Shown here: one piece after another, positions 25,739 to 38,774 of the stretch
How positions within the stretch are numbered: the first letter of the stretch is position 1
Layout of the letters: each line of letters begins with the position of its first letter
Assembly (NCBI GenBank): GCA_964016885.1
Contig: OZ024763.1
Coordinates: 17,050,001-17,114,000 of the forward strand
DNA: 64,000 nucleotides
Direction of reading: 5' to 3'
Origin: Eledone cirrhosa
Taxonomy: Eukaryota
Translations under genes and position numbers: made by a program
Notes under the pieces: generated by a model
What the model was told of the DNA's origin: nothing
Databases searched by the model: none
What the model saw: only the letters and a program-made list of their open reading frames with translations

Positions 25739-26499
25739 AAAACGAATATTTAAACTCTACTTCAGTATTGAGTACTCTTTTCTCTCGGCTATCAACTACT
25801 TTAAAATAAAAGCACCACTGTAAAGTGGTTGGTGTTAAGAAGGGTATCCAGCTGTAGAAAGCTTGCCATAGAAAGGGTTAGAAGGACCCTTCAGTTTGTG
25901 TCAAAAGACATGACAGTTTCTCCTCTGTACTCAATATGACTGTATGTAAGCAGGATACAGGCTCCTCAGCTTGTCTGGGTGGTCATTAGCCCTACTTCTG
26001 TAATGACTTGGTCTATGTAAACCCGCCCAACCCTTGATAGCAGGGAAAGCGGATGTTAAATGATGATGATGATATTTATCCATATTTATCTATCTCTCTT
26101 TCTCTATATATATATATATATCATCATCGTCATTGTTTAACGTCCATTTTCCATGCTAGCATGGGTTAGACGGGTTGTCCCATTAGAGGCAAGTTGGGTC
26201 AGGTGACCATGTCTAGCTCAAATAGGACTCTTTCTGGCTAGGTTTCATCATCATCATCATTTTACGTCCACTTTTCCCTGCTTGCAAGGCTGGAAAAAAA
26301 AAGAAAAGAATGAATTCACTTGTTCTTGGTATTCTTTTATAATTTTACAATTTTATAATTTTGCTATGTAGATCTAATATGTCCTTTGTTAACTTCAGTG
26401 GAAAGTTTTTAAAATTCTGGAGAACTTTCTCACATTCGTCAGAAGCAATTGTCAAACTGATCTAAAGTAATGTGTTGGCATATATATAAAGTATTTGGG

Positions 26500-27576
26500 C
26501 ATTTTTCATGCTCAGACTTGCTGAAGCATGGAACAAACTACCTGCATCAGTTGTTAGCTGTCGAGACACTGCATCCTTTAAAACCTCCATGGAACAAACT
26601 ACCTGCATCAGTTGTTAGCTGCCGAGACACTGCATCCTTTAAAACCTCCATGGAACAAACTACCTGCATCAGTTGTTAGCTGTCGAGACACTGCATCCTT
26701 TAAAATCTCCATGGAACAAACTACCTGCATCAGTTGTTAGCTGTCGAGACACTGCATCCTTTAAAACCTCCATGGAACAAACTACCTGCATCAGTTGTTA
26801 GCTGTCGAGACACTGCATCCTTTAAAACCTCCATGGAACAAACTACCTGCATCAGTTGTTAGCTGTCGAGACACTGCATCCTTTAAAACCTCCATGGAAC
26901 AAACTACCTGCATCAGTTGTTAGCTGCCGAGACACTGCATCCTTTAAAACCTCCATGGAACAAACTACCTGCATCAGTTGTTAGCTGCCGAGACACTGCA
27001 TCCTTTAAAACCTCCATGGAACAAACTACCTGCATCAGTTGTTAGCTGCCGAGACACTGCATCCTTTAAAACCTCCATGGAACAAACTACCTGCATCAGT
27101 TGTTAGCTGTCGAGACACTGCATCCTTTAAAATCTCCATGGAACAAACTACCTGCATCAGTTGTTAGCTGTCGAGACACTGCATCCTTTAAAACCTCCAT
27201 GGAACAAACTACCTGCATCAGTTGTTAGCTGCCGAGACACTGCATCCTTTAAAACCTCCATGGAACAAACTACCTGCATCAGTTGTTAGCTGCCGGAACA
27301 CTGCATCCTTTAAAACCTCCATGGAACAAACTACCTGCATCAGTTGTTAGCTGCCGGAACACTGCATCCTTTAAAACCTCCATGCTTCCTAAGATTCGCC
27401 AACACTACACCTGATATCACTCCTCCATACACAAACACACATGTATATCATGACTCATACACTGTTCACTTTCCTGACATTTGAACATTATTCTATGTAC
27501 TATACATGCACCTTTGGTGAGTTGTAGTGCACCTGAGCACTGTACACAATAATTTCATTATTATTATTATTATTAT
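26500..27576 (+). mobile_element. 5'-truncated CR1/L2-type LINE with a 14 x 61-bp internal tandem array (26527-27380)
   Basis: With the array collapsed it reads FFMLRLAEAWNKLPASVVSCRDTASFKTSMLPKIRQHYT*, matching the FF..R....WN.LP..VV......FK ORF2 end. 3' UTR and (ATT)n tail follow; the tail recurs in reverse at 51868-51944. Confidence 0.85.
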
Positions 27577-28039
27577 GAAGTGTTAATGAGATGTAAAGTA
27601 CATGTCATCAAAGAGAAAAATCAAGATGATAGATTGAGAGTGGTATTGTGAGGTGTTGGGGGGAGTTGTGGTGGTTAGATTTACTTAAATGGCCCTTGGT
27701 TCCACCAAGGTTAACAAAAGACTTATAAGATCTACATTGCAAAATTGTAAAATTATAAAATTAAATTCTTATAGAATAATAATTACAAGTAAGTCATTTT
27801 TTTCCTTTTTATCAAATACACCTAACTCTACCAAGCATCTTACAGATTCTCCAATATATATATATTTATATATACGATATTAACAAATGGAAACTATATT
27901 TATAAAACCATATTTATTTCATTATACATATTTCAAGGACACCAAGTTAAATTATGGGAGCTTCCAACAGTAATGGTTGCATTCTTTAAGGGTATGTCAA
28001 TATTTATTCATAAAACTGATCTATATTATATTTTATCTG

Positions 28040-28220
28040 ATTGGCAGTATCGGTAGAGGGTCGGACGCCATGCTTTGACGCATAGAGTTACGGCCCTTGC
28101 TATTCTGAGTTCAAATCCCGCCGAGGTTAACTTTGCCTTTCATCCTTACGGGGTCGATAAAATAAAGTGCCAGTAATACACTGGGTAATTGCTGGCCTTG
28201 TGCCTAACGTAGAAACAATT
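28040..28220 (+). mobile_element. SINE family B with target duplication ATTATATTTTATCTGAT
   Basis: The duplicated 17-mer lies on both sides. Confidence 0.85.
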
Positions 28221-28221
28221 A

Positions 28222-28286
28222 TATTTTATCTGATGAAAGCACACCATAATTTAACTTGGTGTCCTTGAAATATGTATAATGAAATA
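28222..28286 (+). ncRNA. Hammerhead ribozyme, family H2, intact core
   Basis: TATTTTAT-CTGATGA-AAG.ACACCA..TGGTGT.CTT-GAAA-TATGTA-TA-ATGAAATA. Confidence 0.8.
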
Positions 28287-28439
28287 AATATGGTTTTATA
28301 AATATAGTTTCCATTTGTTAATATCGCATTTTTACTCCAAATATTTGTTGAGTGCTTTATATCAGTTATAAAAATATTTGCTTGTTGTAGCCCAACAATT
28401 TAAATATAACTTTTATATATATTTATATATATATAGATG

Positions 28440-28810
28440 TGTGTGGATCCCGGGTTCAATCGGGGGTAACCACAGTAAGTAAGGTACTCAATACATTAGT
28501 AAAGTGTAAAAATAATGTTTAACCCTTTAGCATTCACATTACTCTATATATACTATTGTATCTTCATGGTAAGGGCTTTACCTCACATAATTATCTCACA
28601 TAATATGGAATCTATGAGATTCTTTCGTTATTTATTTTGAGAAGAATACCTTAACATCAGTATGACCAGCCGGTTACAACCGGTTTGAATAAAAATAGGT
28701 GAGAAAATTCTGGCCGGTTACGGCCGGTTTAAACACTAAAGGGTTAATATAGAAATGGCTTCTACAGGACTTGAACTGTTTCATTCAAAAAAATTACCCG
28801 GGAAAGACTA
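28440..28810 (-). mobile_element. Family H6 element (decayed hammerhead 28757-28806) split by a P1 MITE
   Basis: Homologous to 62790-62910 and 63040-63160. Confidence 0.65.
28519..28747 (-). mobile_element. piggyBac-type MITE P1
   Basis: TTAA-CCCTTTAG...CTAAAGGG-TTAA. Confidence 0.9.
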
Positions 28811-28817
28811 TAATAAT

Positions 28818-28899
<82 letters not shown>

Positions 28900-28924
28900 C
28901 ATATATATATATACATATGTACTA

Positions 28925-29150
28925 ATAATAATAATAATGGTTTCTTATTTAGGCACAAGGCCAGCAATTTGGGGGGGGGGGAGATCGATGAAATTGACTC
29001 CAGTGCGTGACTGGTAGTTTATTTTATCGACCCCGTAAGGATGAAAGACAAAGTTAACCTCGGCGGGATTTGAACTCAGATCATAAAGGGCCGTAACTCT
29101 ATGCGTCAAAGCATGGCGTCCGACCCTCTACCGATACTGCCAATAATAAT
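28925..29150 (-). mobile_element. SINE family B (longer 3' variant)
   Basis: Homology to family B; (AAT)n tail. Confidence 0.85.
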
Positions 29151-29245
29151 AATAATATATATATAATATATTGGGTCGTCAAGTATGAAATTTGTTGAAA
29201 TTTGTTTCTTTTCTAAAAGTTTCTACAAATTTCATACTTGACGAC

Positions 29246-29282
<37 letters not shown>

Positions 29283-29287
<5 letters not shown>

Positions 29288-29481
29288 AACGAGTAGGACC
29301 CCGACGGCTGAGCTCAAGCCGTTTCGACGGCTAATTCTGGACTCCCAGAATTAGCCGTCGAAACGGCTTGAGCTCAGCCGTTGGGGTCCTACTCGTTCCT
29401 ATTACCCACTCTACTACCCTAAGTATTGAGTACTTTGGTGCGTTATGGTCCACCTGGTTCCTTACCACATTTCCTTCGTTA
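29283..29481. mobile_element. Fold-back element, family H5: about 59-bp GC-rich arms plus tail, in (TA)n
   Basis: Near-perfect palindrome 29283-29402. Confidence 0.8.
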
Positions 29482-29527
29482 TATATATATATATATATAT
29501 ATAATGTATAATAAACAATACAATATA

Positions 29528-29603
29528 ATTACCTCATTACCAGAGGTTTCCCGAATAAGACGCATAAGAAAAACCTCCTCATTCGTTCGTCAGACAAGGC
29601 AAT
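29528..29603 (-). ncRNA. Hammerhead ribozyme H7 (inverted copy)
   Basis: Reverse complement of 30193-30268 with an intact core. Confidence 0.75.
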
Positions 29604-30192
29604 TTAAAACATAGTGAAATATTTGAAAAGTCTCTTCAAGAAATGCAAAAAATATATAAATAAAAGTAATAAATAGTGTTAATTGATTACTTTCTTTTTG
29701 ATTTTAAAAAAATTTTTTCATTCTCATATATTGTTTCATTTTTATACATATATCAAGAATGACACTTCTTTTTACTATTACACTCCCTTCCCTCTTTATC
29801 TGCTGCATATAAATGACCGTACGCACGCGCGCGTGTGTGTTTATACGTGTGGTTTCATACTCGTATGTGTATTTAACACCTGTATCTGGATGCATGTCAA
29901 CTATATTACCATACAATTTCTTTTTCAACTCATATTATATACGTATTTGTGGTCACATATACACAAATATACTTGCCCTCATATATGTACTTACACACAG
30001 ATTTTCACCGTACACATGCATTTGTACATACACACATATGTACATTTGTGAATGTATATACATACATATACACATACCCTAACTACATTTCCTTATTTTT
30101 TTTTTTTTTTTTTTATATATCTTGCATTACTTTTATTTATATATTTTTTGCATTTCTTGAGGAGACTTTCCAAATATTTCACTATGTTTTAT

Positions 30193-30268
30193 ATTACCTT
30201 GTCTGACGAACGAATGAGGATGTTTTTCGTATTAGTCTTATTCGGGAAACCTCTGGTAATGAGGTAAT
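30193..30268 (+). ncRNA. Hammerhead ribozyme H7
   Basis: ATTACCTTGT-CTGACGA-A-CGAATGAG...CTTATTCG-G-GAAA-CCTCTGG-TA-ATGAGGTAAT. 10-bp stem I, GUA cleavage triplet. Confidence 0.8.
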
Positions 30269-30369
30269 TATATTGTATTGTTTATTATACATTAAATTTT
30301 GCTCTGGTACTTACATAGAACATTCTTCACTCCTATGATTTTTTTCAATTTTCAACGGAAACTTCAATA

Positions 30370-30406
<37 letters not shown>

Positions 30407-30623
30407 AGAGAGAGAGAGAGAGAGAGAGAGGCCTAGAACTATTTAGTATATATACAGATGTTACATTTGAATCTTTAATAATTTCCTTATGATTCATTTG
30501 TGTAATTTAGTGATTAAGAAAGATTATTAATAAAATGATTATATTGAAATAATTATTGAAATATTTCTGTATTTAATTACTTTTTTTAGTATTTTTCAGT
30601 TTACTCTCTCTCCATATATATAT

Positions 30624-30678
<55 letters not shown>

Positions 30679-30746
30679 TTTATTTATACACACACACATA
30701 TATTTATATATATCTAAATATATATTTATATATTTATATATATATT

Positions 30747-31036
30747 TACAGAAATTATATTTAAAACGATGATTATATATTTATAAAAATATATATAAAT
30801 ATATATAAATATATATAAATATATATATAAATATATATATATATATAAATATATATATAAATAAATATATATATAAATATATATATAAATAAATATATAT
30901 ATATATTTATATATATATTTATTTATATATATATTTATATATATATTTATTTATATATATATTTATATATATATTTATATATATTTATATATATTTTTAT
31001 AAATATATAATCATCGTTTTAAATATAATTTCTGTA
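30747..31036. repeat. AT-rich palindrome with arms of about 145 bp
   Basis: TACAGAAATTATATTTAAAACGATGATT...AATCATCGTTTTAAATATAATTTCTGTA, with mirrored TATAAA/TTTATA runs inside. Confidence 0.85.
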
Positions 31037-31453
31037 TGTGTATGTATCTATGTGCGTGGGGTTATATATATGTGTATGTATAAGTATGTGTGTGTGTGTA
31101 TGTATGTATATTGCATTGTCTGTTTCTCTCTATATATATTGTTTGTTTGTGTACTTGTGTGACTATATATATATATATTTATTTGTATGCATGTATATAT
31201 ATATATATGTGTGTGTATCCAAATGTTTAAATATATATATACATACATACATATATACATACATTCACACATATATATATGTAGAAACACACCCACACAC
31301 ACATATATATATATACACACACACACACTCACACACATATATATATGCACACACTACATCTATATACACACTTGTATATATATATATACACACACTGATA
31401 TGTATACAGAAAGATACATATATATATACACACACACACACACACATATATTT

Positions 31454-31484
<31 letters not shown>

Positions 31485-31591
31485 CATTCACACACACACA
31501 CACACATATATTTACACACACATACATATATATATATATATACATTCACACACACATACACACACATATATATATGCACACACATACACAC

Positions 31592-31624
<33 letters not shown>

Positions 31625-32308
31625 TATATACACACACACATACATATACATACACACATATATATACACACACACTCACATACATATATGTAGACACACA
31701 CACACAGACATATGTAGACACCCACTCCCCCCTACACACACATACACATACATATACATACACACATATATATACACACACACTCACATACATATATGTA
31801 GACACACACACACACACACAGACATATCTAGACACCCACTCCCCTCCTACACACACATATATATACACACACATACATATATGTAGACACACACACACAC
31901 ACACATATGTAGACACCCACTCCCCCTACACACACATATATATATATATATATATATTTGACAGACAACGTGTCTGTCAAGTCATTAACATATTAATATA
32001 TGAGACTATAAAAAAAGCCCTCTCTAAACAATGAAGTCTGTATTGTAGTATTTCTGCCTCAATTATTCCAATAATTTTCTGTTTAAATGTTCAATTGTTG
32101 TCTACAGACTAACTTCCGTCCTTTTACACAGCAACTATATTATGCAAATTATTCCTAATTACTGCTAAATTTTCTAATTGATTTGGACTTTCACTTATTT
32201 GAAGGAAGTTTAGTTGATGGTTTTAGTTGATTTCGTTTGAAACTGTGTATGTGTAAGTGTGTGTATTTATGTAGGTATGTCTATATATATATATATATGT
32301 ATATGTAC

Positions 32309-32342
<34 letters not shown>

Positions 32343-32638
32343 GTGTGTGTGTGTGTGTATATATATATATAGAGAGAGAGAGACACGTGTGTGTGTATAT
32401 ATATATATATATAGACGCGCGTGTGTGTATATATATATATATATATATAGACACACATACACACATGTATATATATAGATATGTATATAGACACGTGTGT
32501 GTATATATATATATATATAAAAATAAATCTTTATATATGTCTATGTATATATATATATATATGTGTGTGTTTATGTAGGTATGTATATATACACACACAT
32601 ATATATACGTATATATGTACATAGAAACACATACACAC

Positions 32639-32675
<37 letters not shown>

Positions 32676-32827
32676 TATATATGTATATATATATATATAA
32701 GTATATATGTATATATATAAGTATATATATATATATATAAGTATATATGTATATATATATATATATATAAGTATATATGTATATATATATGTATATATAA
32801 GTATATATGTATATATGTATATATATG

Positions 32828-32918
<91 letters not shown>

Positions 32919-33058
32919 GCATGTATGTATGTATGTTTAATGAGATTCTGTATGAGCAAGATAGTCACCTGACCTGTCTAGCCTTTTAATGTGACAGCCC
33001 ATTGAATTCATGCAACCATGGAAAATAGATGTTCAGCCCTGATGATGACATTCATTAT

Positions 33059-33112
<54 letters not shown>

Positions 33113-34138
33113 ATGTATATATTTGTATGTATATATTTGTATATATATATATATATCTGTATGTATATATATATATATATATATATATTTGTATGTATAT
33201 ATATATATATATATTTGTATGTATATATATATATTTGTATGTATATATATATATTTGTATGTATATATATATACATACAAATATATATATATATATATAC
33301 ATACAGTTATATATATATATAAATATATACATACAGTTATATATATATATAAATATACACATATATATATATATATATACACATACATGCACATATATAT
33401 ATACACATATATGTATGTCTATGTATATATGTATATATATATGTATGTATATATATATGTATGTATATATATATGTATGTCTATGTATATATGTATATAT
33501 ATATATGTATGTCTATCTATATATGTATATATATATGTATGTCTATCTATATATGTATATATATATATGTATATATATATGTATGTCTATGTATATATGC
33601 ATATATGTGTATATATATATGTATATATATGTATGTCTATGTATGTATATGTATATATATATGTATGTCTATGTATGTATATGTATATATATATGTATGT
33701 CTATGTATATATATATGTCTATGTATGTATATATATATGTCTATGTATGTATATATATATGTCTATGTATGTATGTATATATATATGTCTATGTATGTAT
33801 ATATATATGTCTATGTATGTATATATATATGTCTATGTATATATATATATATATGTCTATGTATATATATATATGTATGTCTATGTATATAAATATGTCT
33901 GTATATATATATATATATGAATATATATATATCTATATACTTCTATTTACTGGTGTCAGTCATTTGTCTAAGGCCATGCTGGGGAACTGCCCTTATTCAG
34001 GTTATCACATTGACCTCAGTACTTACTTTTACAAATCTGGTTCTTATTTTATCTCTTTTTTTGTGAAATTGCTAACTTATGGGACATAAACACAGACCCT
34101 GATGTAAACAGTTGCTTTCACCCACACTGATATATATA

Positions 34139-34193
<55 letters not shown>

Positions 34194-34216
34194 ATATATA
34201 TATATGTGTGTGTGTG

Positions 34217-34247
<31 letters not shown>

Positions 34248-34552
34248 ATATATATATGTGTGTGTGTGTGTGTATATATATATGTGTGTGTGTGTATATA
34301 TATATATGTGTGTGTGTGTATATATATATATATGTGTGTGTGTGTATATATATATGTGTATGTGTGTGTGTATATATATGTGTTTGTGTATATATATGTG
34401 TGTGTATATATATATATGTGTTTGTATATATGTGTGTGTATATGTATATATGTGTGTGTATATATATATGTGTGTGTGTGTGTATATATATATATGTATG
34501 TGTGTGTGTATATATATATATATGTATGTTTGTGTGCATATATATGTGTGTG

Positions 34553-34595
<43 letters not shown>

Positions 34596-34680
34596 GTATG
34601 TGTGTGTATATATATCTATATATATAGGTATTTATATACGTAACATATATATAGATGTATTTATATATATAACATATATT
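31036..34680. repeat. Long compound (TA)/(CA)/(GT)/(TATG) microsatellite field with short unique interruptions
   Basis: Seen directly. Confidence 0.9.
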
Positions 34681-34682
34681 TT

Positions 34683-35239
<557 letters not shown>

Positions 35240-35477
35240 TAAGAGACAGAAATTCTGTAATTGCATTTACTGGATAATACATATTTCAGTGACACCAGTG
35301 TGGAGCTGTTATGCAATCATTACAACAGCAACCGGTACTGGTGTGACATCATCAGGTATTTAACATCTGATGATGTTAAACATCGAGATGGAACCCATGT
35401 TAATGAGATTGAACCTAGAACCATGTATTTACAAAGGGAACCCCTTAACCACAGTACCATACCTGTCGGTCTGTGTG

Positions 35478-36432
35478 GGTGTGTTTACGTGCAAACACCT
35501 TTGTCGGTGTGTGTATGTGTGTTTACATGCAAACACCTACGTCATGTGTGTGTGTGTGTTTACATGCAAATATGAATGTGATGTGTTTGTGTTTGTGTGC
35601 ACATGTGTTTACGTGCAAATACCTATGTTGTGTGTTTGTGTGTGTGTGTGTGTGCGCGTTTATGTGCAAACACCTTCGTCATGTGTGTGTTTACATGCAA
35701 ACACCTACGTCCCGTGTTAGTGTGTGTGTATGTGTTTACATGCAAACATGTATGTAATATGTTCGTGTGCGAGTGTGTGTGAGTGTGTGTTTACGTGCAA
35801 ACACCTATGCCGTGTGTTTGTGTGTGTGTGCGTATGTGTGCATTTATGTACAAACACCTGTCGTGTGTGTGTGTGTGTGTGCGTATGTGTGCATTTATGT
35901 GCAAACACCTGTCGTGTGTTGGTGTGTGTGTGTGTGTGGGTGCGTGTGTGTGCATTTATGTACAAACACCTGTCGTGTGTGTGTGTATGTGTGCATTTAT
36001 GTGCAAACACCTGTCGTGTGTTGGTGTGTGTGTGCATTTATGTACAAACACCTGTCGTGTGTGTGTGTGTGTGCGTATGTGTGCATTTATGTGCAAACAC
36101 CTGTCGTGTGTTGGTGTGTGTGTGGGTGCGTGTGTGTGCATTTATGTGCAAACACCTGTCGTGTGTTTGTGTGTCTGTGTGTGTGCGTATGTGTGCATTT
36201 ATGTGCAAACACCTATGTCGTGTGTTAGTGTGTGTTGGTGTGTGTGTGCGTATGTGTGCATTTATGCGCAAACACCTATGTCATGTATTTGTGTATGTAT
36301 GTGTGTGTGTTTACCCCTGTGTCATGTGTCTGTGTGAGTATATGTACGTTTATGAGCAAACACCTGTCACGTCGTATGTTGGTCTATATGGTGCGTGTGC
36401 ATGTGTTTGTGTGTGCGTGTTTACATGCACAC
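35478..36432. repeat. (GT)n-TTTATGTGCAAACACCTGTC minisatellite
   Basis: About 20 copies of the GCAAACACCT core. Confidence 0.9.
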
Positions 36433-37424
36433 ACCAATCTCAGTACACACATACGTAGAACCTTAAGAAAATGTAATTTTTTATCAGAGAAAAAAACAAA
36501 ACTTTGAAAAAGTAACAACAAACATACAAATCCCACCCCTCTCCCCCCATAAAACAAACAAAACAAACCCAAAACAACACAAAACAAATCCTTAATGTTG
36601 AACCTTTTTAATTAACCAAACTAAATAATTAGAAATATTAAGAGATATTTTTAAAATCACAACCTTCTATCTAATGAAACATGCTTTAATATTAAGAGAG
36701 TAATGAGGAGGAGAAGGAGAATAAAGGATTTTTCAAAATAGATTGTTTTTAAGGGATTCCCCCGCCGCCATCCTCGTCACCCCACCGCACCCCACTTTTA
36801 TTAAGTTCTTGCTTTTTTTCTTTTTTTTCTTTCCTTTATTTTTTCTTTGTAATTTTATCTTAATTTCTAAATGGATTTAGGTGGATTTTAAGATATTATT
36901 ATATAAAGTATGCATTTTTTAGTATGTTTTAGTATGTTTTTTTTTAGTGTTTTTAGTATATTATTAGTATGTTTTTTTTTTACTACATATTTTTAGTTTG
37001 TTTTTTTAGTATATTTAAAAAAAAATTATTTTGATAGACTACTTAAAAACCAATATTTGACAACTGTATCTAACTAAAGAGATTATTTATGAAAAAATTG
37101 TTATCTAGTTGTTCAAAATTATTTATTTAAAAAAAAATTTATTGAATGAAATACATTGAAATTTAATTAAAAGAAAGACATTTTATTTTTTGCTCTTTAT
37201 TAAAATGGAATTGCTTTTGATAATTTTTAACGATAAAAATTTGATAGAGCATATTTCTCTATCATTTATAAATCAATTTGATCATGATGATGATGGTGAT
37301 GGTTGTGGTGGCAGTGGTGGTGATAATAATAATAGTGAATGTATGTTTAGAAAGCAACGAGTAAAGTTTCAAATAGAAACAGAAATAGAAGCTTCACTGA
37401 AATATTTGACTATATAACATAACC

Positions 37425-38670
37425 TTAACCCTTTAGCATTTAAACTGGTTGTATCTGGTCAGAATCCTCTCACCTCTTTCTGTTTAAACTGGCTGTATCT
37501 GGTCAGAATTCTCTCACCCCTTTCTGTTTAAACTGGCTGTATCTGGCTAAAATTCTCTCGCCCCTTTCTGTTTAAACTGGCTGTATCTGGCCAGAATTCT
37601 CTCACCTCTTTCTGTTTAAACTGGCTGTATCTGGTCAGAATTCTCTCACCTCTTTCTGTTTAAACCAGCCATATCTGGCTAGAATTCTCTCACCCCTTTC
37701 TGTTTAAACTGGCTGTATCTGGCTAAAATTCTCTCACCTCTTTCTGTTTAAACCAGCCGTATCTGGCCAGAATTCTCTGACCTCTTTCTGTTTAAACCAG
37801 CTGTATCTGGCCAGAATTCTCTCACCTCTTTCTGTTTAAACTGGCTGTATCTGGTCAGAATTCTCTCACCTCTTTCTGTTTAAACCAGCCATATCTGGCC
37901 AGAATTCTCTGACCTCTTTCTGTTTAAACCAGCTGTATCTGGCTAGATTTCTCTCACCTCTTTCTGTTTAAACCAGCTGTATCTGGCTAGATTTCTCTCA
38001 CCTCTTTCTGTTTAAACCAGCCATATCTGGCCAGAATTCTCTCACCTCTTTCTGTTTAAACCAGCTGTATCTGGCTAGATTTCTCTCACCTCTTTCTGTT
38101 TAAACCAGCTGTATCTGGCCAGAATTCTCTCACCTCTTTCTGTTTAAACCGGCCATATCTGGCCAGAATTCTCTCACCTCTTTCTGTTTAAACCAGCCAT
38201 ATCTGGCTAGATTGCTCTCACCTCTTTCTGTTTAAACCAGCTGTATCTGGCCAGAATTCTCGCACCTCTTTCTGTTTAAACAAGCCATATCTGGACATAA
38301 TTCTCTCACCTCTTTCTGTTTAAACCAGCCATATCTGGCCAGAATTCTCTCACCTCTTTCTGTTTAAACCAGCTGTATCTGGCTAGATTTCTCTCACCTC
38401 TTTCTGTTTAAACCAGCCATATCTGGCTAGAATTCTCTCACCCCTTTCTGTTTAAACCAGCCATATCTGGCCAGAATTCTCTGACCTCTTTCTGTTTAAA
38501 CCAGCTGTATCTGGCCAGAATTCTCTGCCGGTATGACGTTAAGGTATTATTCTCAAAATAAATAATAACAAAATTTCATAGATTCAATATTATGTGAGAT
38601 AATTATGTGCGATAAAGCCTTTACCACAAAAATACAATAGTATATATAGAGTAATGTAAATGTTAAAGGG
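37425..38670 (+). mobile_element. P1 MITE with a 44-bp tandem expansion (about 25 copies, 37437-38527)
   Basis: Starts TTAA-CCCTTTAG. Unit TAAACYRGCTGTATCTGGCCAGAATTCTCTCACCTCTTTCTGTT. 3' part matches 2560-2694. Confidence 0.9.
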
Positions 38671-38774
38671 CCTCTAAACCCACTGAATGGAAAAAGATGG
38701 GTATAAGCTCACATGTTTAAGTGCCCTGTTATTAGGCTATTTTATTTTGTCAAATGTTATGGCAAACCTTTTAT

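Larger units (their letters stand above)
27876..28415 (+). mobile_element. Fold-back element, family H2, with a SINE B inserted
   Basis: Perfect inverted arms of about 82 bp (27876-27957 and 28244-28325), followed by a tail. Confidence 0.8.
29502..30372 (+). mobile_element. Penelope-like remnant, family H7: 169-bp inverted repeats (29502-29670 and 30126-30294), spacer and tail
   Basis: Both arms contain a hammerhead. (TA)n on both sides. Tail is similar to the H4 tail. Confidence 0.8.

Noticed and set aside
26384-26445. Minus-strand CTGACGA..hairpin..GAAG-TTAA-CA as a variant hammerhead
   Set aside because: It lacks the required GAAA and UH nucleotides, has only a 3-bp stem I and is single copy.
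35346-35392. ACATCATCAG/CTGATGATGT hairpin as a hammerhead
   Set aside because: No GAAA, stem III or stem I; only a short inverted repeat.
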